Positions 1 to 9,273 of a DNA stretch of 64,000 nucleotides are shown piece after piece; position 1 is the first letter of the stretch, and each line of letters begins with the position of its first letter. A program made the position numbers and the translations under genes. This DNA is from Patescibacteria group bacterium (lineage in GTDB: Bacteria > Patescibacteriota > Microgenomatia > UBA1400 > PJMF01): positions 12,696-76,695 of the forward strand of contig JBGTEY010000011.1 of NCBI GenBank assembly GCA_041747555.1. Reading direction: 5' to 3'. The notes below the pieces were generated by a model that did no database searches, was not told the origin of the DNA, and saw only the letters and a program-made list of their open reading frames with translations.

Positions 1-180
1 CATATCCATTGAGTTTTTCTTTATATCTGGGTTTGTATGTAGCACTCAGCCTTTCACCTTTTGAAGAAAAAGAACACTCACTCGCAAGCATTGCAAAATC
101 TACCAAGCGAAAAATTACCACGGAAGACTTCGATTAGCCTAAAAATCTCAAGCAATGATACAATACACACTCGGGAAATT

Positions 181-1824
181 ATGATTAAAATACTGCAACA
201 CATCGCTCTCTTTGTCTTTACGCTTGGAATTCTTGCGCTCGCGCTGCGTGGTTTACCCGGCACGGTCACGCATGAAAACATGAACGATCATTACTGGACT
301 GAGAACGGCCCGTTTGAACTGTCACCAGAGCGTGGTCGGTTTGCATTGGTCTATTCAGTTCTTGAAGATAAGTCATATACATTCGCACTTCCGATTGCTC
401 GATTTGCTGCTCCAGACGTTGGTTATTACGATGGTGAGTATGTTTCTCTCTTTGCCCCCGGTGTATCATTCCTAGCACTGCCTGGATACGTGATTGGAAA
501 AATGTTTGGCTCAGCCCAAGTTGGTTCGTTTGCTGTCATTAGTTTGTTTGCGCTACTAAATTTGTTTTTAGTCAGAGGGATTGCGCTCAAACTTGGTGCT
601 AGCAAAACCGCAAGCACAATTGGTGGTCTGTTATTCTTGTTTGCTTCGCCTGCGTTTGCGTACGGCGTGACACTCTATCAACACCATATTTCAACTGCGC
701 TACTGCTCACTGGTTTTTACGCCCTGGTTGCAAGCAAAAAAAGCTTACTGGCACTCATTCCGGTTTGGTTTGTGTGCGCCCTGAGTATTCCAGTCGATTA
801 TCCTAATGCTTTCTTTCTTGCCCCAATTGGAATTGCCGCACTCGGTAGAATTCTCTGGAAGGAGGAGACAGTCCAGAAAGTTTCACTCCACGTCAAACCT
901 CAAGCCATTTTGACCTTTGCTGGTGCGATCATTCCTATTGTGTTTTTCATGTGGTTCAACCATCAGGCGTACGGCAATGCGCTCCAGCTTGCTGGTACGG
1001 TTCAACAGGTAAAACAAATCGACGAAAATGGCGACCCTGTACAAAATTTCACCGCAGAACGTAGTGAAACCTCACAAAATGCCACTACAGTCACATTTTT
1101 TGATCCAAGAAGTTTAGTTCATGGTCTGTTTACCCTTACCATCAGTGCAGATCGTGGTATTGTCACCTTTGCACCAGTACTTCTGATTGGCCTTTTTGCG
1201 CTGCCTCACATCTATAAAAAACATCCAGAAACGACCGCACTGATGCTGGCAATCATCGGCATCAATCTTTTGCTCTATGGAATGTGGGGTGATCCGTATG
1301 GAGGGTGGGCATTTGGATCTCGGTATTTGTTGCCGACATATGCCATGCTTTCGATCATGCTCGCTGTGTTATTAACCGGCAATCGCAATAAAATTATACA
1401 TGGATTACTCCTCATACTCGCAGTGTACTCACTCTCAATAAATACTCTGGGCGCAGTCACTTCAAGTCAAAATCCACCAAAAACTGAAGCTATTCCACTC
1501 GGTGACATTACGGGACGAATTGAAAAATACTCTTATGACAGAAACTGGCAATTCCTAACCAATCAGGGCTCAAAGTCATTCATATTCAATACGGTGGGTA
1601 AGCAGTATGTAACTCCAGTGCAATATTATTACCTGGTTGTCGGAATGGTCTTAGTTGGATTTCTGAGTCAGTATGGATCACTGGTGGCGCAAAATTTTTC
1701 GCTCTTTGATTCTCAACAAGCGCGACTGAGTAAATCCCAAGTCAGCAAGTCAATCACTCGATTCAAAAATCGCACCAAAGTAAAACTGCAGCAAAAAATT
1801 ACCAAAGCAGGTAAAAAATCATGA
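181..1824 (+). CDS. Polytopic membrane protein, probable GT-C fold glycosyltransferase (PMT_2/ArnT-like)
   Basis: Many predicted TM helices with conserved loop segments resembling GT-C mannosyltransferases. Start moved to the internal ATG at 181 (MIKILQ...), preceded by a TGaTACAAT extended -10-like box; the track ORF starts at TTG 61. The gene overlaps the next CDS by ATGA. Confidence 0.5.
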   Translation: MIKILQHIALFVFTLGILALALRGLPGTVTHENMNDHYWTENGPFELSPERGRFALVYSVLEDKSYTFALPIARFAAPDVGYYDGEYVSLFAPGVSFLALPGYVIGKMFGSAQVGSFAVISLFALLNLFLVRGIALKLGASKTASTIGGLLFLFASPAFAYGVTLYQHHISTALLLTGFYALVASKKSLLALIPVWFVCALSIPVDYPNAFFLAPIGIAALGRILWKEETVQKVSLHVKPQAILTFAGAIIPIVFFMWFNHQAYGNALQLAGTVQQVKQIDENGDPVQNFTAERSETSQNATTVTFFDPRSLVHGLFTLTISADRGIVTFAPVLLIGLFALPHIYKKHPETTALMLAIIGINLLLYGMWGDPYGGWAFGSRYLLPTYAMLSIMLAVLLTGNRNKIIHGLLLILAVYSLSINTLGAVTSSQNPPKTEAIPLGDITGRIEKYSYDRNWQFLTNQGSKSFIFNTVGKQYVTPVQYYYLVVGMVLVGFLSQYGSLVAQNFSLFDSQQARLSKSQVSKSITRFKNRTKVKLQQKITKAGKKS

Positions 1825-3452
1825 TACAAGTTGACAAGAAAAACCAATCACTAAGAGTTGATTTCTCAAAACGATCGCTCCAAAAACTAGGGAGAAAAAT
1901 ATCTAAAGTTCTTCCATACCTTTTGGTGCTCGGTCTCATTGCCATTTCAATTTGGAATTTTATCTATTATGCAAATAATGGGCTTGGTCTCGCTTATAAC
2001 GACGCACGATCGCATCTAGATATCGGTCGCCGCGTGGTTGAAGGGCTCAAACCTGGGCTCGCGCAGCTCGGAAGTGTGTGGCTCCCGCTCCCACATGTCC
2101 TCATGATTCCAACGATCTGGAACGACTTCATGTGGCATTCTGGTCTGTCTGGTGCGCTGCCATCAATGATCTCTTTTGTAGTAACGGCGATGGTTATTTA
2201 TAAGTTGCTTGGTCACTTTGGTGTTGGGCTCTTTGGTCGGATTTTTGGCGTTGTGGTCTTTATTACTAATTTGAATATTCTGTATTTACAGTCCACTGCC
2301 ATGACAGAGTTGTTGCTCCTCGCAACCATGACACTCGGCGTGTATGAATTAATTATTTGGCATAAAAATGATCAGTTGGTGCATTTAGTGCGCTCTTCGT
2401 TCTGGATTATGCTGTCAACGCTTGTGCGGTATGACGGCTGGTTCTTATTTTTCTGGGCAGCTATGTTGGTATTTTTCAAAGGATTTAAGGGTGGAAAATT
2501 CAAAATGGGGGAGGGACTCTTTATTTTCTTCTGTACCCTTGGTGGACTGGGAATAATCTTATGGCTCCTCTGGAATGCCGTTATTTTTGGTGATCCATTA
2601 TATTTTGCATTTGGTCCATTTTCTGCACATGCACAACAAACACAACTCGACGACGCTGGAGTCCTGCAAACGAAATATAATTTACCACTTTCAATGCTTA
2701 TGTATTGGTACGCCATGGCATATAACTCAGTACTTTTCACCGTGGTCCTTGGAATATTGGGTGCAATCGCATTATTTTATGATAAAACTATAAAAACTCC
2801 GGTAAAAATAGCTGCAACGGCACTTCTGGCCCCGTTTGTATTTAACATTATTGCACTCTACCTCGGGCACTCTGTATTATTTATTCAGGGAATCTCTGGA
2901 AATACTTGGTTTAATGTGCGGTATGGTGTGATGATGATGCCAAGTTTCGCGGTGTTTGCCGGATATTTGGTGCATAAATTTAAACCATTACGATTTGTTT
3001 TCGTAGGATTATTTGTGTTTGTAACTATTTTCCATCTTGGAAACAAAGACGCCGTTACGATTGATGACGGAAGAGTAGGGTCAAGTCAAAAGAACGTCGA
3101 TGAAGTAAGCACTTGGCTTCGTGAAAATGCAGGTGATGAGGAAGGCTTTGTTTTAATTTCAGCAGCCTCACACGATGCAATTATCTTTTCTTCAAGATTG
3201 CCAATGAAAAAATATATCCACGAAGGAACGGGCGAATACTGGGAGAGTGCCACCATCGCTCCTGATCGCTGGGCAAAATGGATCGTGATGCGAACCAACG
3301 ATACGAATGATTTGACTTTCCGCGAAGTCAGCAAAACAGATGCACTCTGGAAGTATAACCTGGTACAATCATTCCCATTCGCAGATATTTACGAATTGAA
3401 AGAAGAGTTTAAGCCTGATGCAGAAACAAAAGCTACAATCATACAGCGGTAG
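1821..3452 (+). CDS. Polytopic membrane protein, GT-C fold glycosyltransferase-like (ArnT/PMT_2-like first-loop motif YNDARSHLDIGRR)
   Basis: 543 aa with more than 10 hydrophobic helices. The N-proximal loop with D/E and R residues is typical of GT-C enzymes. Translationally coupled to the upstream gene through a 4-nt overlap. Confidence 0.5.
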   Translation: MIQVDKKNQSLRVDFSKRSLQKLGRKISKVLPYLLVLGLIAISIWNFIYYANNGLGLAYNDARSHLDIGRRVVEGLKPGLAQLGSVWLPLPHVLMIPTIWNDFMWHSGLSGALPSMISFVVTAMVIYKLLGHFGVGLFGRIFGVVVFITNLNILYLQSTAMTELLLLATMTLGVYELIIWHKNDQLVHLVRSSFWIMLSTLVRYDGWFLFFWAAMLVFFKGFKGGKFKMGEGLFIFFCTLGGLGIILWLLWNAVIFGDPLYFAFGPFSAHAQQTQLDDAGVLQTKYNLPLSMLMYWYAMAYNSVLFTVVLGILGAIALFYDKTIKTPVKIAATALLAPFVFNIIALYLGHSVLFIQGISGNTWFNVRYGVMMMPSFAVFAGYLVHKFKPLRFVFVGLFVFVTIFHLGNKDAVTIDDGRVGSSQKNVDEVSTWLRENAGDEEGFVLISAASHDAIIFSSRLPMKKYIHEGTGEYWESATIAPDRWAKWIVMRTNDTNDLTFREVSKTDALWKYNLVQSFPFADIYELKEEFKPDAETKATIIQR

Positions 3453-4767
3453 AGAAAAACACCCCGTTTGGGTGGGTGTTGGAATGGCTGGTATAGTTGT
3501 TGGCGCGCTCCTCACCTTGTGGCACCCTGAACGCGTCCAAAGTTTAACCCCTCCGCGTCCATCACAGTCAGAAACTGTTTCTCATTCTTGGTGGGATGTC
3601 CAAGCAATCGACACCATGAAAACATCTCGGGATAGAAGCCGTGAATTTCTAAGCGGCAGTGGGAATATTTCTAGCATCTCAGACGCACATGCAGAGAGAA
3701 TCGCCTCAACGGGCGCAACCCACATCGCCATCGCTACTCCATACGATGAAGAGTTTCTGCCAATCCTCGAACAATGGGTTGAATCAGCGCGAAAATATGA
3801 ACTCAATGTCTGGTATCGCGGCAATTGGTCTGGGTGGGAACAGTGGTTTGAGTACCCCTCAATTACTCGAGAACAGCATTTAGAAAAAACAGTCGCATTT
3901 TTAAATGATAATCAACATCTGTTTGAGGATGGTGATATTTTTCAGGCATGTCCCGAATGTGAAAATGGTGGTCCCGGAGATCCGCGTCATAACGGTGACG
4001 AGGAAGGGCACAAGCTGTTTTTGATTGATTTGTACCAAGCGAGCGCAAAAATTTTTGAAGAAAATAATGTGGACGTCGATACTCGACTAAACTCAATGAA
4101 CGGCGACGTTGCACGACTAATTATGGATCCAGAGACGACTCAAGCACTGGGTGGATTGGTAGTAGTGGATCACTATGTGGAAAGCCCTGAAGAGCTGATA
4201 GAAGATCTCAACGAATATGCAGAACAAAGTGGCGGCCAGATAATACTAGGAGAATTTGGCGCGCCGATTCCTGATATTCACGGAGACATGACCCATGAGG
4301 AGCAAGCGGCATGGCTTGATGAGCTTTTTGAGCTGATGCTCGAGACCCCGTCAATCGTTGGCATGAATTACTGGACTGACACCGGGAGTTCGACGCAGTT
4401 GTGGAATGATGCAGGGGAGCCTCGAGTTGCGGCTGGTGTTGTTGCAAATTACTACACTCCTAAAGCTATTAGTGGCGTTATTTTGGACACAAATGGAAGA
4501 CAAATCGCAGACGCAGCAATTCGTACCCATCAGCGAGAAGGGGTGTCAAACCAGGATGGCAGTTTTAGTGTACCGTATACGAGCACCACGGGAGATGTGG
4601 TTATTAGCAAAGTTGGATTTAAGGACGCAGTGGTACCCATGCAAGAACTGGTAACTGGTGATGTTGAGATTACTTTAGAGTACGACTTGCTAGCCCGCAG
4701 TACGCTGACGACTATTATTGATCGAGCTTGGCCACGGATAGTTCGATATCTTTTGTTTCGATTTTAA
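3418..4767 (+). CDS. Membrane-anchored glycoside hydrolase, GH-A clan (GH5-like LGEFG nucleophile motif) with C-terminal CarboxypepD_reg-like beta-sandwich
   Basis: N-terminal K/R-rich n-region plus a hydrophobic anchor. An (ECENGG) acid/base-like motif lies ~97 aa before the QIILGEFGAP nucleophile-like motif. The C-terminal ILDTNGRQIADAAI...DGSFSV stretch is typical of CarboxypepD_reg domains. An alternative start is ATG 3484. Confidence 0.45.
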   Translation: MQKQKLQSYSGREKHPVWVGVGMAGIVVGALLTLWHPERVQSLTPPRPSQSETVSHSWWDVQAIDTMKTSRDRSREFLSGSGNISSISDAHAERIASTGATHIAIATPYDEEFLPILEQWVESARKYELNVWYRGNWSGWEQWFEYPSITREQHLEKTVAFLNDNQHLFEDGDIFQACPECENGGPGDPRHNGDEEGHKLFLIDLYQASAKIFEENNVDVDTRLNSMNGDVARLIMDPETTQALGGLVVVDHYVESPEELIEDLNEYAEQSGGQIILGEFGAPIPDIHGDMTHEEQAAWLDELFELMLETPSIVGMNYWTDTGSSTQLWNDAGEPRVAAGVVANYYTPKAISGVILDTNGRQIADAAIRTHQREGVSNQDGSFSVPYTSTTGDVVISKVGFKDAVVPMQELVTGDVEITLEYDLLARSTLTTIIDRAWPRIVRYLLFRF

Positions 4768-4885
4768 TAACCTTTCACAAAAACAAATAGTTGAATATTC
4801 TATGCCAAAAGCGATCAATTCGTTTTGGTTTTTTTTGACTTTCAAAGCGTTTAACTGATCAAAAAACGCCCTCCTATCCCCATTA

Positions 4886-4914
4886 TTGCTACTTTTGATA
4901 TAGTTTGATACAAT
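4886..4914 (+). promoter_or_regulatory. Sigma70-like promoter TTGCTA-17-TACAAT upstream of the LAXTG protein gene
   Basis: TTGCTA (4886-4891), 17-nt spacer, TACAAT (4909-4914), about 24 nt upstream of ATG 4938. It sits in the 137-nt intergenic gap after a convergent-free region. Confidence 0.45.
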
Positions 4915-4937
4915 ACATCACAATAATAAACCTTATT

Positions 4938-5522
4938 ATGATGCATAAACTAATTCTTATTGCTACAGCAATGATTCTCCTGACCATGACTTCGGTCAAG
5001 CCAGTGTCAGCTGCCACAGCACCAAATTTCCCAAGTTGTGAAAACCCAAGTGGCACCGTTATTGCCCAATACGATTCCGGCACGCACGGAATCCCAGGTA
5101 GAACTCAAACCTACACCGGTAGCGACAGCGTCTATCAGATTTCAGACACCCAAGTACTCCAATGCTTTTGTCCCGAAGAGGGTAGTGAAGGCATCCAAAG
5201 CAACTGGTGGAAATATCAAGGTCTCACAGAAGACGAGGTAAAAATATTCACACGAACAGGCTGGACATTTATTATCGATGGCACCGCATGGGGTCTCGAT
5301 CGTGCACCATATTTAGTTCAAAATAAATCATACACCTGCAGAAGTACCGGAGGCGGCACATCTAGCGGCACTGGTGGCGGTACAGCTGGGTCAAGTGGCA
5401 CAGTCGGCTCAAGCGGTCAAGTGCTCGGCGTTAGCTCACTAGCAGACACCGGCGATAGTCTCGCAATTTTCTCACTTTTTGGTGTGGGCGCACTCGCACT
5501 CTTCGCAGCCCGAAAGAATTAA
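4938..5522 (+). CDS. Secreted surface protein with C-terminal LAXTG-type sorting signal (LADTG + hydrophobic segment + RKN tail)
   Basis: Signal peptide (MMHKLILIATAMILLTMTSVKPVSA). A Gly/Ser/Thr-rich linker precedes LADTG-DSLAIFSLFGVGALALFAARKN, a classical sortase cell-wall sorting signal; LAXTG is the class E sortase motif. The gene is adjacent to a sortase. Confidence 0.6.
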   Translation: MMHKLILIATAMILLTMTSVKPVSAATAPNFPSCENPSGTVIAQYDSGTHGIPGRTQTYTGSDSVYQISDTQVLQCFCPEEGSEGIQSNWWKYQGLTEDEVKIFTRTGWTFIIDGTAWGLDRAPYLVQNKSYTCRSTGGGTSSGTGGGTAGSSGTVGSSGQVLGVSSLADTGDSLAIFSLFGVGALALFAARKN

Positions 5523-5525
5523 GTA

Positions 5526-6056
5526 ATGCGAATTCTGCTCATTTTTGTTGGAATCATTTCACTAGTGTCATCCATGGTGCTACTGAGTAATCGCTATGTG
5601 CCGCTACTACCTGAGGCACTGAGCTCATCAATGGTCATCCAAGGCTCTGCACAGAGACCAACACACCTCAAACTTACTCAAGAAAGCGAAAGTATTGAGC
5701 TCGTACCAAGTCAAATCCAGAATCAAACCTGGGAAACAAGTCAAACCGGCGCCAGCATCCTCACCAATCCGTCGCTCCTCGGGCTTTCAGATACCTCAAT
5801 TGTTATTTATGGTCATAATTGGCCACGACTCCTAGGAAAATTGCATGAACTCAAGGAAGGTGACGTTTTTTACCTCAAAATTCAAGGAAGTTGGCAAGAA
5901 ATGCAGATTCAATCACAGTCGATAGTCGGCAAATCAGATCTGGGACCGCTCTATGCAGCAGACACCAAATCAGTAATTGTGTACACCTGCGCTGGATTTC
6001 TCGATAGCAAACGCCTGGTGGTCCTGGCTAAACCAACAGATTATCGCGCGATATAG
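5526..6056 (+). CDS. Sortase family transpeptidase (class E-like)
   Basis: N-terminal TM anchor. Conserved His in VIYGHNW, the catalytic TLxTC-equivalent VIVYTCAGF, and a downstream Arg (KRLVVLAKP). It lies 4 nt downstream of its putative LAXTG substrate. Confidence 0.7.
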   Translation: MRILLIFVGIISLVSSMVLLSNRYVPLLPEALSSSMVIQGSAQRPTHLKLTQESESIELVPSQIQNQTWETSQTGASILTNPSLLGLSDTSIVIYGHNWPRLLGKLHELKEGDVFYLKIQGSWQEMQIQSQSIVGKSDLGPLYAADTKSVIVYTCAGFLDSKRLVVLAKPTDYRAI

Positions 6057-6167
6057 GTGAAAACACAGCTTTTCCTCTTGAGAACTGCGGCAAAGAACGG
6101 TACAATCACAGCCTCAATTAGCTGGTATACTACTAGATACTAGACAACAATTGCACGAAGGAGCAGT

Positions 6168-6338
6168 ATGGGAGCACTACCAAAGAACAAGATCACAAGA
6201 GTAGAGCGTGGAAAAAGACGCGCAGGCAATAAGCCAAAAATCACAAAGCAGATTAAAACTGCGTCTGTACCACTGCACAAACAAGGTCTGGTGGCACAAA
6301 TTTTAAAGAGCGTTGGTGTCAAATCACCAGCAAAGTAA
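6168..6338 (+). CDS. rpmF: 50S ribosomal protein bL32 (56 aa), not in the ORF track (<60 aa)
   Basis: MGALPKNKITRVERGKRRAGNK... matches the basic N-terminus of bL32 (MAVQQNKPTRSKRGMRRSH...). Preceded by GAAGGAG 5 nt upstream of the ATG. Confidence 0.5.
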   Translation: MGALPKNKITRVERGKRRAGNKPKITKQIKTASVPLHKQGLVAQILKSVGVKSPAK

Positions 6339-6348
6339 CGGAGCGACC

Positions 6349-6762
6349 ATGTCTCAGCCAGCCCCTGGTCAGGTCGTCGTTCAACCAAACGACGATACCA
6401 GCCATATTGATCATCGTCACGAGAGACGCGTTTCTCTGATGCAGGATCTCTTCCAGTGCACGTTTAGTGGTGCTACACTACAAACATGGCGTCAAACCAA
6501 GCCTGACAGCACGGTTCTTAAAATAATCGATGCTTTACCAGAAATTGACGTCAAAATTCAGGCCGCCGCTCCAGAGCGACCACTCGAAGACATCAATAAA
6601 GTAGACCTTGCAATCTTACGCCTGATTATGTTTGAATCAGAGCATAAGAAGACACCAAAAAAAGTACTAATTAACGAGGCAGTTGAGTTAGCAAAAGCAT
6701 TTGGGAGTGACACATCACATAAGTTTGTGAACGGCGTACTCGCTAAACTAATGCTCGAATAA
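6349..6762 (+). CDS. nusB: Transcription antitermination factor NusB
   Basis: Motifs LAILRLIMFE...INEAVELAKAFGSDTSHKFVNGVLAKL are typical of NusB. Start chosen at the internal Met 6349 to avoid overlapping bL32. Confidence 0.75.
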   Translation: MSQPAPGQVVVQPNDDTSHIDHRHERRVSLMQDLFQCTFSGATLQTWRQTKPDSTVLKIIDALPEIDVKIQAAAPERPLEDINKVDLAILRLIMFESEHKKTPKKVLINEAVELAKAFGSDTSHKFVNGVLAKLMLE

Positions 6763-6780
6763 GTAAAAAGAGAGGGATTC

Positions 6781-7032
6781 GTGACTAAAGCAGAAATTTT
6801 TACCGTGGTTCAACATATCATTGCCGAACAAACCGGCAATCATGTTGAAGATATCATGGGCACCACCCATTTACAGGATGAACTTGGAGTTTTGGGACAA
6901 GACTTTGCACGCATCGTGAATAGTATTAATGAAGAGCTTGAAATCACCCTTTCAGCATCAGAAATAGAAGAAGAATCCGAGACAGTCAACTCACTCGTCA
7001 CAATCGCGTTTGAAGAAGCTGAGCTGGGATAA
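6781..7032 (+). CDS. Acyl-carrier-protein-like small acidic protein (phosphopantetheine Ser apparently replaced by Gly)
   Basis: 83 aa acidic protein. It aligns to the ACP helix II region (DELGVLGQDFARIV against DLGADSLDTVELV). It lies immediately upstream of rnc, as acpA does in Bacillus. GTG start. Confidence 0.5.
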   Translation: MTKAEIFTVVQHIIAEQTGNHVEDIMGTTHLQDELGVLGQDFARIVNSINEELEITLSASEIEEESETVNSLVTIAFEEAELG

Positions 7033-7040
7033 TCGCGCCA

Positions 7041-7706
7041 ATGTCATACGAACTTCCAACATTTAAAGACGCATCACTCCTCGAAACCGCACTCACGCAT
7101 CGCAGTGCGCTCAACGAAGAAACCTCACCCTCCAAAGAATCAAACGAAAGATTAGAATTTCTCGGTGATGCAGTGCTCGAACTCGCCACAACGCAATTCT
7201 TATTCGCACAATTCCCCGACCAACCAGAAGGTGTGCTCACCTCATACCGCAGCGCACTCGTCAAAACCACCACCCTCGCCATGGTCGCAGAGCGACTTTC
7301 ACTCGGTGAAAAACTCTACATGAGCAGGGGAGAAGAGGCAACAGGTGGCAGAACCAACGCAGGACTCCTCGCAGACACCATGGAAGCCGTCATCGGCGCA
7401 CTCTATCTTGACCAAGGATTTACCGCCACCGAAGAATTTCTGACTACCATTCTATTCATTGAAATAGAAAATATTTTGCATCAAAAGCTCTATGTCGATG
7501 CCAAAAGCAACTTGCAAGAAGTTGTCCAAGCCTTGGGTCACAGTACGCCAATGTACGAAGTCACCGCAGAAGTCGGTCCCGATCATGATAAAGAATTTAC
7601 CGTTCAGGTTATAGTTGATGGCAAAGCTATTGGCGTTGGAATCGGACGGAGCAAACAACTCGCACAACAAGAAGCGGCCAAAAAAGCACTCGAACAATAC
7701 GCGTAA
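7041..7706 (+). CDS. rnc: Ribonuclease III
   Basis: The ERLEFLGDAVLELA signature is present. A C-terminal dsRBD follows (KQLAQQEAAKKALEQ). Confidence 0.9.
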   Translation: MSYELPTFKDASLLETALTHRSALNEETSPSKESNERLEFLGDAVLELATTQFLFAQFPDQPEGVLTSYRSALVKTTTLAMVAERLSLGEKLYMSRGEEATGGRTNAGLLADTMEAVIGALYLDQGFTATEEFLTTILFIEIENILHQKLYVDAKSNLQEVVQALGHSTPMYEVTAEVGPDHDKEFTVQVIVDGKAIGVGIGRSKQLAQQEAAKKALEQYA

Positions 7707-7747
7707 GTACAAAATAGCAGGGATTACCCGTTTATATAACTTTCTCA

Positions 7748-7776
7748 TTGAAATAACTACACATCTCGAGTATAAT
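7748..7776 (+). promoter_or_regulatory. Near-consensus sigma70 promoter TTGAAA-17-TATAAT for rpsP
   Basis: TTGAAA at 7748-7753 and TATAAT at 7771-7776 with 17-nt spacing, 10 nt upstream of the rpsP ATG region. Confidence 0.55.
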
Positions 7777-7785
7777 CACCCACCT

Positions 7786-8229
7786 ATGCTGAAAATCAAA
7801 CTTGCACGATTCGGAAAACGAAATCAACCAGAGTACAGAATTGTAGTCAACGAGGCACGCAGTAAGCGCGATGGTGCGTATGTTGCCAACATTGGTAACT
7901 ATTCTCCAACTCGAGAACCAAAAATTCTTGAACTCGATATCAAGGAATATAACGCCTGGATCGCCAAAGGTGCACAACCCACAGACACCGTAGCAGGTCT
8001 CGCCAAGCGATACCAATCAGACGATCCATTTCCAAAAAAGAACAAACTCTCCAAAAAATCCAAAGCCAAGCAAGCTGCAGAAGCAGAAGAAAAAGCAGCA
8101 GCCAAAGCAGAAGCCGCTAAACCAGTAGAGAAAAAGGCAGAAGAGCCAAAAGAGGCAGAAGCTCCAGCAGCAGAGCCAGAAGCTGAATCAAAAGAAACTC
8201 CAGAAGAAACCACGCCAGAAAGCAAATAA
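7786..8229 (+). CDS. rpsP: 30S ribosomal protein bS16 with long Lys/Ala/Glu-rich C-terminal extension
   Basis: MLKIKLARFGKRNQPEYRIVV... is canonical S16. The track ORF 7615..8229 extends upstream through the promoter, so the ATG at 7786 was chosen. The protein is 147 aa, against roughly 80-90 aa typical. Confidence 0.85.
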   Translation: MLKIKLARFGKRNQPEYRIVVNEARSKRDGAYVANIGNYSPTREPKILELDIKEYNAWIAKGAQPTDTVAGLAKRYQSDDPFPKKNKLSKKSKAKQAAEAEEKAAAKAEAAKPVEKKAEEPKEAEAPAAEPEAESKETPEETTPESK

Positions 8230-8232
8230 TCC

Positions 8233-8463
8233 ATGAAAAACCTTCTTGAATACATCCTCATTCATCTAGTCGACAATCCAGAAGAAGTTGACGTTGAGGA
8301 ACATCAAGACGGCGAAACATGGGTCTACACCATTCGCGTCCACCAAGACGATATTGGTCGAGTAATTGGCAAGGGTGGTTCAGTTATTCAGTCAATCAGA
8401 AATATTGCCAAAATCAGATCAGTCAAAGAGGGCATTCACGCTCAAATTGTTCTAGAAGATTAA
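8233..8463 (+). CDS. KH-domain RNA-binding protein (UPF0109/YlqC family)
   Basis: The GRVIGKGG KH motif is present. It occupies the conserved position right after rpsP. Confidence 0.8.
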   Translation: MKNLLEYILIHLVDNPEEVDVEEHQDGETWVYTIRVHQDDIGRVIGKGGSVIQSIRNIAKIRSVKEGIHAQIVLED

Positions 8464-8478
8464 TTTTTTTAACTTTTC

Positions 8479-9273
8479 TCAATTCTCAAAATTCAGTTCT
8501 TCCACGTTGAAGAGGTCCTCGAGTCCACCGCCGAGCACTTCATCTTGCTCTGGTAAGTCAGAGCTGACAAATGAGGCGAGTTCTTCAAGTACAGCGATGT
8601 CCTGATTATTTAGCTTTGGCAGCGGTGCCTCCACGGTGGTTTTGACGGGCTGGGTGAAAAAGTAGGTTTTAGTGGCGAGACGTGATTCAATAAGTGGTTC
8701 ATTTTCTGCATTCGTGGCAGCTTGCACTCCAAGCGTTAGGGTATTAATCGTGGTAAATGGACTAATTTTTTCAATAAGAATTAAGAAATCCTGTACTTGT
8801 GAAAAAGTCCCCTCAATGACCATCTCAAACTCCAAATACCCAACCGCAGCGCTCGCTCCACGTGCTCGAACGGTCGGCTGAATTGCCTCTAATCCTGCGG
8901 AGTCGCTCGCAATTTGTCCTGGAGAAATCTCAAAATCTTGAATCACCACACCCGTTTCAACTGCAATAGAACTCAAGCTCATCATCAATTCAAGGAGTGG
9001 TTTTTTGGAAGGCAGTGCGGCATCGACTAGATCAGCCTGTCCAAATTCTGGAGTGAATTTGACGTTTTCTAGGTCAGTCAATTTGCGCTCGAGTTGCAGT
9101 AATTTAGGTGTTTCTTTGTCGAGCTCGGCTCTGAGATCAAACACCTGCTGAACCTGAGGTACGAGGCCAAAAAGTAACAACCCCACTGCAGAAACCCCGA
9201 GTACAATAGCCGTCGCCATTTGCTTGCGCGTTGCCAAGAAAATACTAATATTAAATTCGTTAAATGATGTCAT
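8479..9273 (-). CDS. pilO: Type IV pilus assembly protein PilO-like
   Basis: N-terminal TM helix, a coiled-coil, then a periplasmic domain. Last gene of the pilM-pilN-pilO run. Overlaps pilN by 4 nt. Confidence 0.6.
   Translation of the reverse strand: MTSFNEFNISIFLATRKQMATAIVLGVSAVGLLLFGLVPQVQQVFDLRAELDKETPKLLQLERKLTDLENVKFTPEFGQADLVDAALPSKKPLLELMMSLSSIAVETGVVIQDFEISPGQIASDSAGLEAIQPTVRARGASAAVGYLEFEMVIEGTFSQVQDFLILIEKISPFTTINTLTLGVQAATNAENEPLIESRLATKTYFFTQPVKTTVEAPLPKLNNQDIAVLEELASFVSSDLPEQDEVLGGGLEDLFNVEELNFEN

Noticed and set aside
6313-6348. Longer NusB start (MVSNHQQSNGAT...)
   Set aside because: It overlaps the bL32 stop region and adds non-conserved residues. The internal Met at 6349 gives a NusB of normal length.
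7615-7785. Upstream extension of the rpsP ORF (MMAKLLALESDG...)
   Set aside because: The extension covers the rnc 3' end and the TTGAAA/TATAAT promoter. Canonical S16 begins at MLKIKLARFG (7786).
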